38,338 nt of DNA from a virus (Duplodnaviria > Caudoviricetes). This document shows positions 34,736 to 38,338 of the stretch, piece by piece; position 1 is the first letter of the stretch, and each line of letters starts with the position of its first letter. Made by a program: the position numbers and the translations under genes. Below the pieces are notes generated by a model. It saw nothing but the letters and a program-made list of their open reading frames with translations, did not search any database and was not told the DNA's origin. The stretch covers positions 1-38,338 of IMG/VR virus record IMGVR_UViG_3300005573_000025. One strand, given 5' to 3'.

Positions 34736-34965
34736 CAGCTTTTCTTAATTTTTAAGAATCTTGCGATACAAGATATTAAGAAGAATCCTAAAACATAAGG
34801 TAAGGTTTCAGGTTTGTAATGAAGAGCAAAAAGAAATAAAGCCATATTAATGACAATGATAATAATAAATTCAACCAGACCAGAAATAATAGTAAATCCA
34901 ATTATTTTGGATACATTTGATTTAGATTTTTTATTTCTTTTCGGTTCTTCTTGGAATTCTATCAC
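34735..34965 (-). CDS. Small two-TM membrane protein
   Basis: Two hydrophobic segments. Confidence 0.55.
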   Translation of the reverse strand: MIEFQEEPKRNKKSKSNVSKIIGFTIISGLVEFIIIIVINMALFLFALHYKPETLPYVLGFFLISCIARFLKIKKS

Positions 34966-35293
34966 TGTAGACCTCCTCTTCTATTTCTTTTTGCTTTTCT
35001 TCCAACTCATTTAACCCAAATATATCTTCAACTTCTAATTCTTTTTCTTCAATACTGCCTTCATCAAAGAAACTCCCAAAACTGTCTTTTCTTATCGCAT
35101 TGATTTTACAGAGGTCTTTTATTTCTTTTATAGCCAAAAGCTGAATCTTGAAATCATCAAAGTTAATAGTAGCTCCTGTTCTTCTTTTCTCAAAAAGATC
35201 ATCTAAAACATTGATGGCAAGAGTGTTGAGCTTATCAATGATTTCTATCCCTTTGTCTTTATTTTTTGGAGGTCTTCCTTTTTTGCTTACCAT
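34931..35293 (-). CDS. Candidate terminase small subunit
   Basis: KKGRPPK N-terminus, two amphipathic helices, acidic tail; upstream of terL. Confidence 0.4.
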   Translation of the reverse strand: MVSKKGRPPKNKDKGIEIIDKLNTLAINVLDDLFEKRRTGATINFDDFKIQLLAIKEIKDLCKINAIRKDSFGSFFDEGSIEEKELEVEDIFGLNELEEKQKEIEEEVYSDRIPRRTEKK

Positions 35294-37863
35294 TCTTTCA
35301 AATTTTCATAATAAACTTTTATAATTCTTTCGGCTTCCTTTCTAAGTTCATCCTTACTAAATTTTTTATACTTCTTTAATCTTCCCAATGAATCAGCAAG
35401 GTCAGTAACATAAGGTCGATGAGGGAATAATCTTGACCCTACAGCTTCCACAATTGGGTCAATTACTTTATTCCGAATTATATCTTCTTTCTTATTATCT
35501 GGTAAAGATTGAAATTTTTCATTATTAAATAATTTATATAATATAGGATAAATAGCATTCCCGAATTCCCGTCTCATTTTTTCTCTTTCGTCGTAACTCA
35601 AAGAAAAACCATGAAAGGTTTCTTTAATCGGAAGTCCCATTTTAATTTTTGCCATCTCTGTATCAACAAAATCTTTAATTTTAGGGTCTATGCCGATATT
35701 TTCATAATAAGAATTTGGTTTATAGGTTTGAAGGCCGAAACCAGTTAATGAAAAAGGAAGTGTCCATAAATTACGAGGTTCATTATCAATAACATCAATA
35801 AAGTCTTGGATAAAAATAGGTATGAATCTTTGATAAACTTCCTTGACAACATTAAAAGGTTGATCAGCAAAGTCTGTTCCTTTATACCATTGATATAAAA
35901 AGGAAGCCATGGGAGAAAATTTCCCTTCAAGAAAACGTTCAAAAAGTTCATCAGGAGGTATTTTATGAAATTTGTCACCAATACCTACAGGTGTCTTTTT
36001 ATTTGTTGTTGATGAAGTTACTTCACCCAAAGTAAGTCTTGCTATTAATACAGCATATTGTTGGAATCCTCCCCAAGGATCAATTCTTGTATTTCCTACT
36101 TTCACTTTCATAAAATCAGCACTTGTGGGATCAGTAACAATAGTAGCACCATTTAAATAACCCAAAGTGACTACTCCCAAACCAAAACCCACAAAGCTTA
36201 AAACATCTCTTAAATACTCCATTCTTAATTCTCTTGGTAACAAATAATATCTTGCAGGATTCAAAAAATATAATCTTGAAGCTATAAGTCTTGGTGCAAA
36301 GAAAACTTCACTCATTCTGGCAAATTTTTCAAAAGATTTCCAATCAAAACTTCCCCTACCTGTTGCGGCATTAATATATCTTGCCATTTCTTTATAAATT
36401 TCTGGATGAGTTTCAAGAGTAATATTAAGTGCTTCAAGTTTTTGCATTAAATATTTTCCGAAATCGAGTTTCAATTTATTAATAAAACCTAATGCACCTC
36501 TTTCAGAACCTTCAACAATTGTGCTTAATACTGGAACTTTTCGTATTGCTCTTGAAAGAAACATTTCTTCTGTTTTCCCCATTGTATCGCCAAAGAAAAC
36601 TCCTGCTTGAGTCAATTTTTCATAATAAGGATCAGCTTTAATCTTTGACATTAATGCTTCATAGTTTTTTGCTCTAAAAGAGGGTAAATATTTGGGAATT
36701 GCTTTCCAAAATTGAGGTCTTCCAACTAACAATACACCTTGCCTAAAGATAAAACTTAAATCCGATGATGCCATTATTGCTCTTGGAAATAGTGTTAATT
36801 CTCTAAATAAATGGGTTTTTACTTTATCAAAAGTTCTTTTATCAAGTCCAAAGAATTTAGACAAAAGTTCACTTTCATGTTTAGCAAGTGGTTCTTTATG
36901 AACTAATTTATCTATAGCTCTTTCAAGTGTTAAACTTTTTTTATCAAAAGTAGGTTTTAACTCCCTCATAGTATTAATGAGAGCATTTACTTCATCTTCA
37001 GTAAATTGAAGTTTATTAAATTCAATAACAGATTTAAGTTCTGGATTTTTAGCAACTAAGTCCTTTTCCTTAAAAGAAAGTATTTTTTTTGCTTCTTCCA
37101 ATCTTTGGAATCTTACAGAAGAAGGTAATCCTTTTGTCTCTTCAATAATTTGTTTTTTTATTTCTTCATGTCTTGCTAAAAATGGTTTATATCGATTCCA
37201 CCATTCTTCTCTTATTTGCGGAGATAATTCTTTTATTTTCTCAAATTTAGGAATTATAATTCTCCATATATCTTTAGGAAGGGGTTCTATTGTTTTTTCC
37301 ACATGTTTTGCATACTTATAAACAGGAGCAACTATACCTCTCGTAACAGACGGAGTTCTAAGAGAAGCACTCGCTTTCCCAGCAACTAACACTTCTGGAA
37401 GTGAACCTAAAATCTCAGCAGCCCAATGTGGAGCTCCTCTTTTAAGGGCTTCTTCCGCAATAGGTTCACCTGCCAAAGCATAAATGAAAGAGGTAGGAAT
37501 TCCAGCAGCAGATAAAGCAGCCTTTAACGCACTCCAAGGAGCTTTATATAAAGGTTCGTGTAAAATTTCTTTAGCTGATTCGTATGCTTCTCTTGCTCTT
37601 TGCTTTGCAATAGGAATAATTCTACTTGTTCTATATTTTATTCTTTCGGCAGAAGTAATTGGAATTTCTTGTTTTCTTAACTTTTTAACCAAGTTAATTG
37701 GATGAGTTCCTAAGTTTTTAAGTTCATTAAGAATGGCATATCTAACTTCATCCCGCTTCGTTTTAAGAGCAAGTTCTTTTATTATTTCAGGGGCATTTTT
37801 ACCAGCACTGACAGCGTTTTCAATGATAAGTTTTTCTTCTGGGTTTAAAAGAACTTCTTGCAT
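35287..37863 (-). CDS. Large internal virion / ejection protein
   Basis: 858 aa helical; DPTSADFMKVKVGNTRIDPWGG segment typical of large podovirus internal proteins; ends the ejection cluster. Confidence 0.65.
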   Translation of the reverse strand: MQEVLLNPEEKLIIENAVSAGKNAPEIIKELALKTKRDEVRYAILNELKNLGTHPINLVKKLRKQEIPITSAERIKYRTSRIIPIAKQRAREAYESAKEILHEPLYKAPWSALKAALSAAGIPTSFIYALAGEPIAEEALKRGAPHWAAEILGSLPEVLVAGKASASLRTPSVTRGIVAPVYKYAKHVEKTIEPLPKDIWRIIIPKFEKIKELSPQIREEWWNRYKPFLARHEEIKKQIIEETKGLPSSVRFQRLEEAKKILSFKEKDLVAKNPELKSVIEFNKLQFTEDEVNALINTMRELKPTFDKKSLTLERAIDKLVHKEPLAKHESELLSKFFGLDKRTFDKVKTHLFRELTLFPRAIMASSDLSFIFRQGVLLVGRPQFWKAIPKYLPSFRAKNYEALMSKIKADPYYEKLTQAGVFFGDTMGKTEEMFLSRAIRKVPVLSTIVEGSERGALGFINKLKLDFGKYLMQKLEALNITLETHPEIYKEMARYINAATGRGSFDWKSFEKFARMSEVFFAPRLIASRLYFLNPARYYLLPRELRMEYLRDVLSFVGFGLGVVTLGYLNGATIVTDPTSADFMKVKVGNTRIDPWGGFQQYAVLIARLTLGEVTSSTTNKKTPVGIGDKFHKIPPDELFERFLEGKFSPMASFLYQWYKGTDFADQPFNVVKEVYQRFIPIFIQDFIDVIDNEPRNLWTLPFSLTGFGLQTYKPNSYYENIGIDPKIKDFVDTEMAKIKMGLPIKETFHGFSLSYDEREKMRREFGNAIYPILYKLFNNEKFQSLPDNKKEDIIRNKVIDPIVEAVGSRLFPHRPYVTDLADSLGRLKKYKKFSKDELRKEAERIIKVYYENLKEW

Positions 37864-37871
37864 AAAAAATC

Positions 37872-38338
37872 CTATTGAATTCTATATTGTTTTATTATTT
37901 CCTCAATTGCATCAATAACTGCTTTTTGTTCGGGGGTAAATTTTTCAGTTTCAGATTTTTCTGATTCTTTTTTAGGTTCCTTTGGTGTGGTAGTTGATTC
38001 ACCCTCTAAAATACTTTTTAATCCAGGGAAAACCATAATACTTGGTTTTTTAAGCTCAAGAAATTCTTGTTTTGCTTTTTCTTTGTCTTCTTGAGTTAAT
38101 GGTGCCCCTTTTTCACGTTCTTTATCTTTTAAGAATTTATAAAATTCTGTTAGTGGTTTAGTCCTTTCAATTTCTAATCTTCTCGTTTTATACAAAATAT
38201 CAGCCTCAAGTTGTTGCTGTTTTATTTCAAGGTCTTTTTGTTTGTATAATTTATCTTCTATTTTTTCAATAGCCTTATTAATTCTATCAATCATTGCATT
38301 AGCATTTTTAATCTGGTCTTCCCATCCTGATATTTCAA
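37872..38338 (-). CDS. 3' part of the junction-spanning protein that starts at 934
   Basis: In frame with 1..934 through the terminal repeat. Confidence 0.85.
   Translation of the reverse strand, partial: EISGWEDQIKNANAMIDRINKAIEKIEDKLYKQKDLEIKQQQLEADILYKTRRLEIERTKPLTEFYKFLKDKEREKGAPLTQEDKEKAKQEFLELKKPSIMVFPGLKSILEGESTTTPKEPKKESEKSETEKFTPEQKAVIDAIEEIIKQYRIQ
38234..38338. repeat. Terminal direct repeat, copy 2 (circular assembly overlap)
   Basis: Identical to 1-105. Confidence 0.97.

Noticed and set aside
1-38338. Stop-codon reassignment
   Set aside because: Core genes are full length in the standard code, and all three stops end tightly packed genes.

Overview
The window is a complete, circularly assembled ~38.2 kb (38,233 bp) tailed dsDNA bacteriophage genome of podovirus type. 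Bases 1-105 are repeated exactly at 38234-38338, and one gene reads through the junction. A long minus-strand virion/lysis operon runs from ~18900 down to 1 and continues from 38233 to ~32080. It holds tail-fibre/LamG genes, portal, lysis cassette, scaffold, a free-standing LAGLIDADG endonuclease, major capsid, adaptor/nozzle, ejection proteins and, last, the terminase. A divergent sigma70 promoter pair at ~25790-25880 drives a leftward replication module (Cro-like HTH, primase-polymerase/helicase with internal iterons, a two-frame C5 DNA methyltransferase, a resolvase) and a rightward recombination/accessory module. No integrase is seen. The most striking element is at 30120-32134. A stand-alone RAMP/Cas7-like gene (30350-30916) is flanked by three non-coding arrays of strict 5-nt period, each unit being a variable dinucleotide plus a conserved RTT triplet. 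A UvrD-like helicase with degenerate ATPase motifs follows immediately. This looks like a non-CRISPR RNA-guided module. Other notable items are an unannotated protamine-like micropeptide inside a long inverted repeat, two structured ncRNA candidates, and a repeat-rich skew-switch region at ~19000-19750. All protein calls come from motif recognition by eye, not database searches.
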